A stretch of DNA of 51,167 bases, taken from Octopus bimaculoides (lineage: Eukaryota). A model generated the notes under the pieces. It was not told the origin of the DNA. It did not search any database and saw nothing but the letters and a program-made list of their open reading frames with translations. A program made the translations under genes and the position numbers. Location: NCBI RefSeq assembly GCF_001194135.2, contig NC_068982.1, forward strand, positions 77,752,976 to 77,804,142. Direction: 5' to 3'. This document shows, piece after piece, positions 1-12,659 of this stretch. Position 1 is the stretch's first letter. Each line of letters begins with the position of its first letter.

Positions 1-455
1 TTTACTTCCCTTCATCTAATGTGTACTGTGTATACTTCCCTTCATCTAATGTATACCATGTATACTTCCCTTCATCTAATGTATACCATGTTTACTTCCC
101 TTCAGCTAATGTATACCATGTATACTTCTCTTCATCTAATGTATGCTGTGTATACTTCCCTTCATCTAATGTATACCATGTATACTTCCCTTCATCTAAT
201 GTATACCATGTATACTTCCCTTCATCTAATGTATACCATGTTTACTTCCCTTCATCTAATGTATACCATGTATACTTCCCTTCATCTAATGTATACCATG
301 TTTACTTCCCTTCATCTAACGTATACCATGTATACTTCCCTTCATCTAATGTATACCATGTTTACTTCCCTTCATCTAATGTATACCATGTATACTTCTC
401 TTCATCTAATGTTTACCGTGTTTACTTCCCTTCATCTAATGTATGCCGTGTATAC
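1..455. repeat. 30-bp minisatellite, about 15 copies (TATACTTCCCTTCATCTAATGTATACCATG), truncated by the window start
   Basis: Directly visible 30-bp periodicity with few substitutions. It explains the ORFs at 19-549 and 21-662. Confidence 0.98.
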
Positions 456-561
456 TTTTTATTTGATTATTCCATTATATGTAAACCCCACACTTTGTCT
501 GTCTGTGTATTGTTCTCCTTATCCTTTGCCCTGGTGGCAAATAAAATAAAATCATTATTAT

Positions 562-746
562 TATTCTGTTGTGTCTGGGGAGAGTCATTTTCTTATTGTG
601 CCTTAAAATTTAACACACTCACCGGTAAAATTTCCACTTATTTCTTATTTTTATTTTCCTAAAATTTTCGTTGCGTCTTGCAACCTTTTCAATAGTCTTG
701 ACTAAGGCACAATAAGAAAATGACTCTCCCCAGACACAACAGAATA
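562..746. repeat. Perfect 44-bp inverted repeat with a 97-bp spacer (MITE-like or foldback)
   Basis: 562-605 TATTCTGTTGTGTCTGGGGAGAGTCATTTTCTTATTGTGCCTTA is the exact reverse complement of 703-746. Confidence 0.9.
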
Positions 747-799
747 TGCTTCAACATATGAAATCACATAAAAAATGTTGCAAACCAAATCCCAAAACG

Positions 800-1115
800 T
801 CGAGCTGGCAGAATTGTTAGCATCCCAGCAAAATGCTTGGCAGCATTTCATTCACCTTTACATTCTGAGTTAAAATTCTGCTGAGGTTGACTTTGCCTTT
901 CATCCTTTCGGGGTCAATAAATTAAGTACCAGTCATGTACTAGGGTCAATGTGATTGATTTTCTCCATTTCCAAAAATTTCAGAATTATTATTATTAGGT
1001 TGAGTTTGCCTTTCATCCTTTTGGGGTTGATAAAATAAGTATCTGTTGAGTATTGGGATCAATGTAATTGACTTAACCCTTCCCCGAAATTGCTGGCCTT
1101 GTGCCAGAATTTGAA
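800..1115 (+). mobile_element. tRNA-derived SINE (family A) followed by a 5'-truncated second copy
   Basis: Head gagctggcagaa, B-box-like ttctgagttaaaattc, core gactttgcctttcatcctttcggggtc..aataagtacc and ATT-type tail, all shared with many other copies in the window. Confidence 0.85.
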
Positions 1116-1271
1116 ATCATCATCATCGTCATTATTATCATTATTATGATTATTATCATCCTCTTTTATATACTCTTTAACTGCATAAGTACTTTGTTTA
1201 AATGTAAACGTGTGACCTATAATGGTTTGTAGGAAATTACTTATGCATACATATGTGTGTGTATGTGTACA

Positions 1272-1429
1272 TAGCCTGATGAAGGCAAGTAAGCTGAAGT
1301 TTCACTGACAACCTTTTCCCTGTGAAAGTTTAATAAACTTGTACTCTACTAAAAAGCATTGAGTAATCCTTCAGTTTAATGTTAGATTATTTTTTATATA
1401 TAACTTGACATAAAAACAAACATTAATAT
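1272..1429 (+). repeat. Dispersed repeat starting with a decayed hammerhead-ribozyme-like core (copy 1)
   Basis: TAGC-CTGATGA-AGGC..AAGCT-GAAG at 1272-1299. The downstream part aligns by eye with 45081-45240, for example ataacttgacataaaaa..acattaatat. Confidence 0.6.
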
Positions 1430-1447
1430 ATGTGTGTATGTGCATAA

Positions 1448-1503
<56 letters not shown>

Positions 1504-1721
1504 TACACACATGTGGGAAGTTCAGTTGTGTTTTGTTTATGTTCAACTAAACAATAGACTGTTCTTTTTACTCAAATAGGATGAAGAATTGCTAATTATA
1601 GATACAGTTCAGTGTTATCATTAACTTGTTTTATATTTCTAATTCATGATGAATTAGCATAATTGTAATTCTCGTGTTTATCTTCAATGTTTTTGTAAAT
1701 ATTGGGTTTGAAATTGTTTAA

Positions 1722-2390
1722 CCCTTTTGTTACTATATTTCTGTTGAAATGTACTGCTTTGTTGTCGTTAATTTTGAAAATAATGAAGAATTTAGTAAAA
1801 TAATTTTGTCATTATTAAAAGTGGTGAGCTGATGGAATTGTTTGCACATCAGATAAAATGTTTAGTGTCATTTCTTCTGGCTTGTTACGTTCTGAGTTCA
1901 AATTTGATCATGGTTAACTTTGCCTTTCATTGTTTTGGGATAAATGAAATAGGTGCTAGTTTAGCACTGGGGTCAATGTAATCAACTAGTGCCATCCCAC
2001 AAAATTTCAGGCGTTGTGCCTATGATAGGAAGGATTATTAACCTGGTGTTTAGGTGGTGAGCTAGCAGACTCATTAGCACGCTGAATAAAATGCTTAGCA
2101 GCATCTCTTCTGGTTTTATGTTCTGAGTTTAAATGCTGACAAGGTCAACTTTACTTCTCATCTTTTCAGGGTTGAAAAATTAAGTACTCACTGAGCACTG
2201 AGGTCGATGTAATTAATATGACCTTCCCCTCAAAATGCTGGCTTTGGTCCAAAATTAGAAAAAATTATTAACCTTGTGTTTGACACAAATTAGCATAAAA
2301 TTTTTATGTGAAGTTTTAATTTACATCACTTTAAAACAGGACGTCGGTATTAGAGAAACGGCTGCTCTCAGGTGGGCTGGTATCAAAATT
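1722..2390. mobile_element. piggyBac-type MITE (TTAA-CCC start) interrupted by two family-A SINEs (about 1818-2033 and 2052-2263)
   Basis: ttaa|cccttttgttac at 1718-1733. The second SINE is flanked by the near-identical duplication attattaacct(g/t)gtgttt at 2034-2051 and 2264-2281. The right end is degenerate. Confidence 0.65.
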
Positions 2391-3288
2391 TATCATAAAT
2401 GATACAAGTTGTCTGACTTCCATTTTTCTTTTGAGCCATAGAGCAGTTGACTTATATGAGTTACAGTATTTAGTTTCCTTATCTTATCTTCTGAGTTTAA
2501 ATTCTTCTTTGGTAATAAAATAAATACCAGTAATACCCTATGGTTAATTCAGAAGCCATGTTCCTCCTTCATTTAAATGTGTATATATTCAAATGATGCA
2601 AAGATTGGTAGAAGTTAATGGTTATGTTAGTTGCCAGTCATCTCCTACTCTCCCTTGCCTCTCCCCACACAAATGTATGATAGGTCGCCTTCCCATTCCT
2701 TATCCACTAGTCACCATGGTACCCCTCAACATTACTCAGTTCCTACAGTTGTCACCTACTCTTCCTTCTATTCTACCTTTCCTATCTGTCCTTCAGCACT
2801 TGTTCTTTGTTCTTTTCACCTCCTCATCCATTCCACATCTCTCCCATACACTATTGCAATCTCTACCCACCCACATTCTCTGTTCTTCTGTCTCCCACTC
2901 ACTTCTACTTACCTCATAGCTTGAGGGTTTACTCAGACACTTCATCACCACTATGTTTATCTCTTCCCAGCACCAACCTGATCAGTCATCCTCTCTTCTA
3001 AAATATGAGTAGTCATGTAACTCCTCTACAATATGAAATCTTCTGGCCCTTTCCCTCATACGTTAACCCCTAAACTTCTAGCATAAAGCTACCTATCTCA
3101 GAGTTCATAGTCTTGCAAGCTGCATTGCTATCCAATACAAGATGTAAAATGCATGGTATTAGGAAGGGCATCTAGCCACAGAAATCATGCAAAAGCAGAC
3201 ATTGGAGCACTATGCAGTCCTTTCACCTGCCAGACCCTGTTGAATTGTTCAATCCATGCCAGCATGGAACTTTAAGTGATGGTGATGG

Positions 3289-3337
<49 letters not shown>

Positions 3338-3761
3338 AGTATGCTGTACTGTTAATGTTCAGTCACATAAAAGAGCTGGTCAGCTTTGAGTAATTGGTTG
3401 GTGCATTTTTACATCTGTTGTTTCATGCAGTCATGGGTTTGGATGGAAACTTATTGAGGCAACATTTCATGGCTGGATTCCTATCTTATTGCCAACCCAT
3501 ACCTCTTTTTCAAGTAAGGGTTTTTTAAATTTTTTATTCCACTTATCCTTACAAAACACATAGCTATGGGATGTATTGTTTATAGGAGACCTGGATGTAT
3601 GACAAGATCATTTTTATTTTTCTCAAATTGTGTCAAGTGAAAATGCACAAAATGTAAATAGTCGCACACACACACACACACACACACCTGTTTGCATGTA
3701 TGCACATACATGTATATAAACATACACCTATTTCCATAAACACACAGTCATGCATGCACAT

Positions 3762-3806
<45 letters not shown>

Positions 3807-4493
3807 GGGTTCCCAGGGAGTTTATGTGTACTAATTCTGTAGTTTAGTCTAAGTCGTTGGTTGGCCTGAGACTATAGTAAAAGATACTTACCCAAAGTGC
3901 CATGCTGCGAGATAGAATCTGAAGTCACATAGTTATGAAGTGTATGCCACATAGTTATCCACACAGCCATTTCCAGTGTCTATACATAGTAAAAGTAAAG
4001 CATTTCAAACAGAGATAATATTGAGATTTAATTAAAAGAAAATAACTTTAATTTGATATTTTGTACCATTTGACCATGATAAAATCAAATTATTGTAGGT
4101 ATAGAGAATAATAAAAAAAAAAGAAAAAGAAAGAAAAACAGTTTCCAGTTTGTAAGGGAAGAGCCATTTACAGCTTACAACAATTGATTTCTTTTGGTTT
4201 CCTGGAAATGTTGAGCTGTATAGGTGAAGAATGAAAAAGAGCAAATCATTGTGGGTTATAAAATATCACTCACAGTTGAAATCTAAAGTGTTGGCAGAGT
4301 TTACTATATTTTAGGCTCTTGGGAGCATAATTTGTAATGTCATGTCTTTACTCATAATTCCGTTAATCAGTTCACTTGTTCAAATAAAAGCATTTCTGAA
4401 CCTGACATCTATTTGGAAACATCCCATTACCATAAAACATAAATGAATTAATGTTTTTCATTAAGAAAATGCCATCTACCATTATTGCTGGTC

Positions 4494-4563
4494 NNNNNNN
4501 NNNNNNNNNNNNNNNNNNNNNNNNNNNNNNNNNNNNNNNNNNNNNNNNNNNNNNNNNNNNNNN
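4494..4563. other. Assembly gap (70 N)
   Basis: N run. Confidence 1.
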
Positions 4564-4767
4564 NTGTCCACTTTTCCATGCTTGTATGGGTTGGCAAGAA
4601 TTTGTTGAGGCTGATTTACTATGGCTGGATGACTTTCCTGTTGTCAATCCTCCTGTTTCTAAGTAAAGTAATATTTACCTATGGCCAGACATGTTTTCAT
4701 GGAAGATTGAAAACAAGGACACTGCTTACATGATAATGTCACTCTTTTGTGTGTGTGTGTGCGCGCG

Positions 4768-4809
<42 letters not shown>

Positions 4810-6239
4810 ACTTCTTTCAATCTCTATCTACCAAATCTACTCACAAGGCTTTTGGTTAGCCCGGAGCTATAATAGATGTCACTTACCCATGCTTCCACAC
4901 AGTTGGACTGAACCTGAAACCATGTGGTTGGTAACCAAGCTTGTCAACAACACACCCATACCCCTAAAACCTCCATCACTATAATTTAGAAGGAAATGTT
5001 CCTGTATGCCTGATATAAAAAACTGCTGGAAGTTGCTAATGTTTTAAATCAATTTGACTTTATTATTTTACTGATGCACATTTTATTTATCTTGAAAAAA
5101 AGAAAAAGGAGCAAAGTTTGAAACATTAGCAAGATTTGCGCTCCAAGCTGTACGCTTGTGAATTGATCTAACAAACCTTATTATCTCCTGTTTTGATTGG
5201 AGACAACTGTAGGTAGCCATCATCCAAAAACAAGCATGTACCATGCTTTTGCTAATTGTTGTAGGTGCAAGCATGGATACCCCTTTGAATCTCACATCTT
5301 TTGATCTAGCAGCACATCAGTGATGTACTGTTAGATCAAAGCTGGAAGCAAAGAGAACTGCACCAGTACTCAGGTGCTATGAAAAGAGCTAAACCTTTAA
5401 TTATTTTACATTTCTATTTCTCAGATTGCTTTTCCCTGACATAGCAAATAATTGGAACTCTTATTCCAGCATAGAGTTCTTAGCAATATAAAGGAGGTCA
5501 CTCTCTCTCTTTACGTATTCAGCAGAAACACTCGCTCAAACACAATGCAAATTTTCCAGTTTGAAAAATTAATTCCACATGTGCGAACATAGCAAAATGT
5601 AAACACATACATGCACACACACATACATAGTCACATACATTGAATATATTTTCATGAAAATGTATTTGAAATCAATGAAGGAAAATTTAAAGGAAACACT
5701 GAATTTGAAGGTGTATAAATGGTAGCATATTTATCCAGTAATCAAAAAATATATATGTTTCATTTTCGATTTTATTTTTTTTATCTCAAATTGATGTTTA
5801 CAAATGAATATTGTTTATATCAAAATGTTATCCATTAAAATATTAAAATGTTCTCCATGTAATAGACACACACACACTCAATGATATACATGTATATTAT
5901 GATACATATATGTATTATTATATATGTCATATCTCCTCATCATTTATATGTTTTTGTCATGCTTGTATTCGTTGGTTGGTTGGGTCTTCTCTTGCATGAC
6001 CTCTCGATGACAATCTTCCCCATGTCATCCTCAATTTTCATCTTTTATAAGGTGTATGTATGCAAACAAACCTCCCCTTACATAGCCCACCCCGTCACCA
6101 TTTAACTCTATCACTTCCTTTTCCTCAATAATCTGTGTCACTAACCCCTTCCGTCTCCCCTTTTCCTTGCCATATGTCCTTGTCCTCTCTTTTTACTTTC
6201 CATTCTGCATCTCAAAATCATCTACCACTCAAAGTAGAG

Positions 6240-6800
6240 AGGGCTTAAAGATGTCATGTTCATGAGAATATTAGTTAGGTAGTGAGAGGCTGCATTAGTC
6301 AGTTCAAGTCAGAGGAATAGATTGATAAAATACAGATATCAGATTATTATACTTGTTACTACATGATGGAGAGGACAGTCTTGTGGTGTTAAGAAGTTGG
6401 TAGCCAGTAGGATTTTAAACCCGAGTGCTGTTAATGATGTCAGATGCTGGTGGAGATGGGAGGAAGCTTTTCATGTTGCAAGGTAACTGGTGTGGTGGGT
6501 CAGGTCACAATTCATTTCATGTGTCATGCATAACTGTGTGATGGAATTTTAACTTGATGCTGGTGAGAAATGATGATGGTGTGTAGAAGGGGAATAATTT
6601 CACTATGGGCAACCAGAGATTATTTATTCTGCAATTGTGCAAGGGCCAGCTAATCTGGAACTAAAGTAATCTTTTTGAGATATCAGTGATTAGAGAAATT
6701 TTTATTTAGGCCACACTTCATTATATGGAGCATGGCTGCTGCTGCTGCTTTAGGTCATCTGAGTAGCAAGAGAGTAGTTAAAGAATACAGAGAAAGAATA
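6240..6800 (-). mobile_element. Highly decayed Penelope-like (possibly Neptune-type) linker/GIY-YIG fragment
   Basis: Only patchy minus-strand similarity to LV.SKL...PC...FTC.S.NLIY-type motifs, across frameshifts. Confidence 0.35.
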
Positions 6801-8058
6801 GTTAATTAATTTAATGTCTTTTTTCCAAGTGCACTTCCTGTCACCAACCCTTACATAGTTTTTGATTTAGAGGAATTCAAAAGCACAGAGCTAGCAGACT
6901 ATTCCTAATAAAATCCCTTCATCTTTAAATTTAGTTTTTAAAGACACTTAGCACCCCAAATATGCATCCAAAGTCAACCCACCCTTATATAAACTGCAGA
7001 CAATTAAATCAAACCCTAACTCATATAGGAGAAAGCAAGAGGGGCTCCAGAAATGTGCTTTGTGGCACTCATTACTGCATACTTTTTCAACAAGCCACCT
7101 ATTGGATACCATTATTTGACTTTAAAACAATCAGAGAACCACATATGTAGTGTTCTTGTTAGGCCAACTTTTGTCAGCTTGTGACAAAAGATGCCATGGG
7201 TAACTTTTGTTGCTGTTGTTGTTAGGTCATCTTTGACTCTGTAAAACTTATGATGAAATACATTCCAGCTATGACCATCGCATTTGTTTTAGATAGTGTG
7301 TTTAAGAGTACATTATCCTTTGTGTTTTTCCTTTTTTAAATTGGTAGAAAATGATTTGAGTGAAATTTGTCTACTGTTTCTAGCAGATCCAATAATCCTT
7401 GTTGGTTTACTTTGGTTTATGTCAATTTTAGGTGTTTGTGACTGTTAATTAAGATAATGAACACTTCCAAATCTGATTATACTGATTATGTTTAAGTGTT
7501 TTGCATGTTAGTGTGGTAGTTCTCTCAGAAATAAAACATGCACAGGTTATTTTTGTTGGGTGATGGATTGGTTGAATGCCTTACAATATTGTTCTACTTC
7601 TGTATGTTCTGAGTTCAAATCTTATTGCAGTTAACTTTGCTTTACATCCCTCTCAAGTCATAAAATATAGCATCAGTCAAATATAAGCTAGATATAATTG
7701 ACTAATCAACTTTCCCTCAGAAATTGCTGGTATTGTGCTTAAGTTCAAACAATATGACTACATTTTGTCATTATAAAACATGTTTTGGGAATTCTTTGTG
7801 ACTTTGGTTTCACAGTATAATACTGTTTATGGAGTACTGAAGAGCATTTTTATCTTAAGCTTTATATGGTTTGGTAGTTATTGTGTAACTAGGCCATGGG
7901 CTAGTGGTGGTCATGGTGCACCCCTCCCCCTTGTGATTTACTTTAATGGGTATTTTCATGTAGTCCCACCGCACTTTACTCGCAAGGTTGTGAACTGCCA
8001 TGTATTCCCCTTTTTTGTCCTTTTGTTACCATACAGCACACATGTGAACCTCTCCAGT

Positions 8059-9880
8059 TCATTTATCACTTCTTTGTTGATTTCCCAAGATCTCTCCTAA
8101 CTTGGAGAATGCTTTCTGGAATAATTCATCTGTTTCAATGACTTTCAGTCTTTTCACTTTTCCCTTCCCTTTGAAGGCACTGGTACTATCACACCCAGTG
8201 AAGGCATGATAACCCAGCAATGCAGAACAGAGAACAGGCGTGGAAGACATAGCCAGCTTAGTCACATCGATACAGCGTCGTGTATTACCCTTTCCAGTTT
8301 CAAACAGAATTTGAAGTCCTTCTAGGAATCTTGCATGGTGAAGTAAGATGAAAAATATGCCTGAATTGGGACTCCTCACATGAATGGATTTGCATCCCTG
8401 TTCTTTGGCATACATGCAGTACAGGATCACACGAGTGTCAGTTTCTTCCTGTGAGATTCAAGAGAGTGTATTTCTTGATAGAATGTGTTATGTCCATCCA
8501 ATGTCAACTGGTAAGCTTTTCCTTCACATATCAGTATCACATCATGTCCAGTGAGAATGTCAGCAGATACCTCACTCCTCCAAGTTGAGAGCAAAAGCTG
8601 AATGAACTATGTCTTGTTCTCATCAATTGCAAGAAAGACTTTCCAGTCTTTTGGACGTTTTGTTTTCTCACCACTCAGGATGAGTTTGTCTCCAACACCT
8701 CGTCTGTTTCATTCCATCCCTTTTAATGTCTTCTTTGTACATGTCAGTGCTAAATATGACAGGTGACAGGTGAAGAGCAGATCCCAACGCCTTACAAGAT
8801 ATTTCCGTGAATGTTTGTGGAATCTCATGCAAGCAATGGAACACTGCATTTCCATCCTTTATGATGACGCTCTGTCTTGGATCAGGTAACTGTGCATCAT
8901 CACATTCTTCCACAACATATTTTTGAAGCCTTTCCATTTGTCTGGTTTTGCTAAAAATCTGTCTGCCAATCCAATGCTGTATGGAACAGGCGTCAATGGG
9001 TATGTCACCAGTTTGTCAAGGTCAAGTTTCCAATCAATCTGTGCTTGAGATTTCACTAGTAAGTGAAACGCTGTTTCCTTGCTGCTTGTACTCAACACCT
9101 TTGTTTTGAGAAGTTGAGAGTCTCATGGACTTGGGCATGTGTGCCATGGTTTTCAAATTTGGGTGTTTAATAGGGTCAAAGAAGCTATCCTTCTTCATTA
9201 GTCTGTTTTCTATGAAGTCTTCCTTTGCTAGCCTACCAACAGTCTCAGCAGTGAGAACGTCCTTCACTACTTCCTCTGAAGCCGGAGCGCCAGATGATAG
9301 ATTGTATAACTTTCCGTCATCTGGCCAGTGGCATGTGAAAAGACATTCAAGCGAGATCGTTGCCAGTGCCGATGGACTGGCTCCTGTGCAGGTGGCACGT
9401 AAAATACATGTGTGGCCGTCACCAGTACCGCCTGACTGGCTCTCGTGCCGATGGCACGTAAAAGCACCCTCTACACTCTCGGAGTGGTTGGCGTTAGGAA
9501 GGGCATCCAGCTGTAGAAACTCTGCCAAATCAGATTGGAGCCTGGTGTTGCCTCCTGGTCCACCAGTCCTCAGTCAAATCGTCCAACCCATGCTAGCATG
9601 GAAAGTGCACGTTAAACGACGACGACGATGATGATGATGATGATGATGATGATGGGATGTTGAAATGAAAGAGTCGTTGAAGCACTTGATAACTGCAATG
9701 GTCCTTGAGACAAGTTTCTCACTGGTTGCAATTTCACAAGGGTGAAAATCCCGATGTTGCAGTCTTTGTCTTCTTCACCAGACATTCCTGCTAGACAAAA
9801 TGTAGCCTGAAGGAATCTGGCTTGTTCTTTACCTGACTTTGTCCATTTTTTATTCCATAACGACCATGTATAACAAACTG
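8059..9880 (-). pseudogene. Academ transposase C-terminal half with XPG-like nuclease; frameshifted and interrupted
   Basis: Motifs in order across frames: QHRDFHP, FNIPDDGKLYNLSSG, FFDPIK, YPLTPVPYSIG, VIIKDGNA, VIFSTD, KRPKDWK, EETDTRVILY, ALLGYHAFTGCDSTSAFKGKGK (H3TH-like). Confidence 0.85.
9325..9652 (+). mobile_element. RTE-LINE 3' end with a (GAC)n(GAT)n tail, nested in the Academ ORF
   Basis: Matches the 3' UTR at about 18390-18819 (gcacccactacactc..gagtggttggc.ttaggaagggcatccagctg). TGG occurs on both sides (9322-24 and 9653-55). Confidence 0.9.
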
Positions 9881-10695
9881 CTATGGTGTAGATAGGGTCA
9901 ACTTTTGTTTACTTTTAACTTCAACAATCTCTTTGATGAAAATATTTGCAGAATTTGATGTTTCATTTTGAAGATCAACTCAAATATCATCTTCTGTGGT
10001 CATTTGCAATAATTCAAGGAAAGATTCCAAAGTACCACTTGCTAGATTTTGCCTTACTTCTATTCGACACATTCAGCAATAAGTACAAAACACTATGTAA
10101 AAGTGCAGAAATATCTCACATTCCACAGAGTAAACCCTACTTCTTAAAAATTTTTTTTTTTACTTTTGGTATTAAAAAGCACATGTAAACCTTCATGTTG
10201 ATTAATTTTCAATAAAAAAAAAAACGTTTTATGGTTTTGGTGATAACTTAAACCTTTGAATGCAAGATATTATAGGTAAAGGTCACAAACTATGACCTTT
10301 GATCTCTGGTGACTTTTTACAGAATAAGTTTGCTTGTCATTTGCATGAACTTGCAGATCTTAACCAGACAATCATTTTAAGTGGTCATTTGAAATATTTT
10401 GATGAAGTTAGAACTGTTTGAATTTTCCATACCCCTAATTTTCTGCTTCTAGCTGTAAAAGTGGGTGTGGTCAAAAAGTCCATGGTGGGTATGTTCCATC
10501 CCAGTTTTTCTGTTGGCAACATCAATTTTCTGACTTGTTAGACCCAGGGTTACATGAAAATACCCATTAAAATAAATTAAAAGGGGGAGGAGTGAACCGT
10601 GACCCCCCCCACCACAAGCCCATGGCCTAAACTCTTTAGTGTTCAGATTACATTTGCGACAGAGTGGCATCTTGTTTAAGGGTTCTGTATATCAT

Positions 10696-10726
<31 letters not shown>

Positions 10727-10755
10727 CTTTATGTGTGTGATATATATATATATTG

Positions 10756-10832
<77 letters not shown>

Positions 10833-11920
10833 CTATATTGTGTGTATGTGTATATATATGTATAGAGTGTGTGTATGTATATGTATATAATTTGTGCATG
10901 TATAGTGCCCATGTGGTGCCACATAAAAGTGCCTGTGCAGTGCCATGTAAATGCACCTAGCACACTTTGTAAAGTGGTTGGCATTAGGAAGGGCATTCTG
11001 CCATAGAAACTATGCCAAATCAGACTGGGGTCTAGTGCAGCTCCCCAGCTTGCCAGCTCTGGTCAAACCGTCTGACCCATGCCAGTATGGACACTGGCCA
11101 TTAAATGATGATGATGATAATGATTACTTTCTCAAATGTAATGTCTTGTTTATGTAATGTTTATTCACATTGTTTTGAATTAATCATGCATTATCTTTTA
11201 GCTAAGACATTTTCATGATATGATTGCTTAGTTTTAGAAAGATATTGTAGGGTAGGGGTGAGAGACCAGATCTGGACAGTTTTAACCTAAAACTGATTGA
11301 ATATTTAGGCTGGATATGGATGGTTTGAATGCTAAAGGGCTAAGGTACCATACAGTGGGATTGAACCCAAAACCACTTGTTTGGGAAGCAACCTTCTCAA
11401 CTCACAGCCACAGGTATGTGGATCCATTACATTCTGTAATTTGAACATTTGCTTCATTGAATTTGGCAATGTAGTGCTTGTACAGACATCTATGTAGTAG
11501 CTCTGTGTATTTGGGATTTTTACTGAGATTTAAAAAAATTTATTATAGTGTTATGTCTGTGGTTTTAAAGATTGTTATTAAAATTCTTCACAGCATAAAA
11601 GCAAGCGAGTTTTAGGATCGTTTATGCAAATGAACAACGAAAATTGTGTCTATCAAATATCAAGTAATCAGAACTTAGAGGATTGTATACTTAGAGATAA
11701 AAACATATTGATTTTTTTTCAAAGTTTCCTGTGAATATCTTTCTCTTCTTTATGCTGTTGATTGGGAGTGGGAAAAGAAAACATGACTGGTCATTAATAT
11801 ATGAATGCATGCACGCACATGTGCGCATGCACACACACTCACACACGTGTGTGTGTGTATGTTGTATATGCAATCATACTTGAACAATTACATGCATGTG
11901 TATATGTATTTATATATAAT

Positions 11921-11989
<69 letters not shown>

Positions 11990-12457
11990 NNNNNNNNNNN
12001 NNNNNNNNNNNNNNNNNNNNNNNNNNNNNNNNNNNNNNNNNNNNNNNNNNNNNNNNNNNNNNNNNNNNNNNNNNNNNNNNNNNNNNNNNNNNNNNNNNNN
12101 NNNNNNNNNNNNNNNNNNNNNNNNNNNNNNNNNNNNNNNNNNNNNNNNNNNNNNNNNNNNNNNNNNNNNNNNNNNNNNNNNNNNNNNNNNNNNNNNNNNN
12201 NNNNNNNNNNNNNNNNNNNNNNNNNNNNNNNNNNNNNNNNNNNNNNNNNNNNNNNNNNNNNNNNNNNNNNNNNNNNNNNNNNNNNNNNNNNNNNNNNNNN
12301 NNNNNNNNNNNNNNNNNNNNNNNNNNNNNNNNNNNNNNNNNNNNNNNNNNNNNNNNNNNNNNNNNNNNNNNNNNNNNNNNNNNNNNNNNNNNNNNNNNNN
12401 NNNNNNNNNNNNNNNNNNNNNNNNNNNNNNNNNNNNNNNNNNNNNNNNNNNNNNNNN
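11990..12457. other. Assembly gap (468 N) following a (TA)n tract
   Basis: N run. Confidence 1.
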
Positions 12458-12659
12458 TAACCTGTCTTATTTTCTTTTGTCTTTTATAACAGTAAATGGG
12501 TAGTTATTACAAATTTTTCATATCTCCATCTGAATTTTCTGTAGCAGATTTTTTTTTTGTTATTTTTAATGAGGTAGTTGCTTGCTCAACACTGAAATGG
12601 CTATGGTTTTTTTTTTCCAGTTTAACTGAACTATGGCAATATTTTGTAAAACAAATAAT

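Larger units (their letters stand above)
7890..10629 (-). mobile_element. Academ (XPG-type, AcademX) DNA transposon, internally deleted and non-autonomous
   Basis: Imperfect TIRs of about 75 bp (7890-7962 and 10551-10629) with TAGGCCATGGGC...GCCCATGGCCTA ends, flanked on both sides by AAC (7887-89 and 10630-32). Internal minus-strand frames carry transposase/XPG remnants. Confidence 0.85.

Noticed and set aside
1-455. Regular 30-bp repeats as a CRISPR array
   Set aside because: The units are directly adjacent with no unique spacers, the context is eukaryotic, and there are no cas genes.
2593-3060. Pyrimidine-rich ORFs (2593-3001; likewise 14786-15441 and 29862-30107) as genes
   Set aside because: They have low-complexity L/S/P/H composition and no recognisable motifs or consistent splice sites. 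They are probably decayed retroelement sequence.
9125-9631. 168-aa plus-strand ORF as a novel gene
   Set aside because: It is the antisense of the Academ ORF joined to an RTE 3' UTR.
10664-12503. Poly-IY/TH ORFs and ORFs spanning N runs (also 14039-14343, 39568-40342, 50507-51049)
   Set aside because: They are artefacts of microsatellites and assembly gaps.
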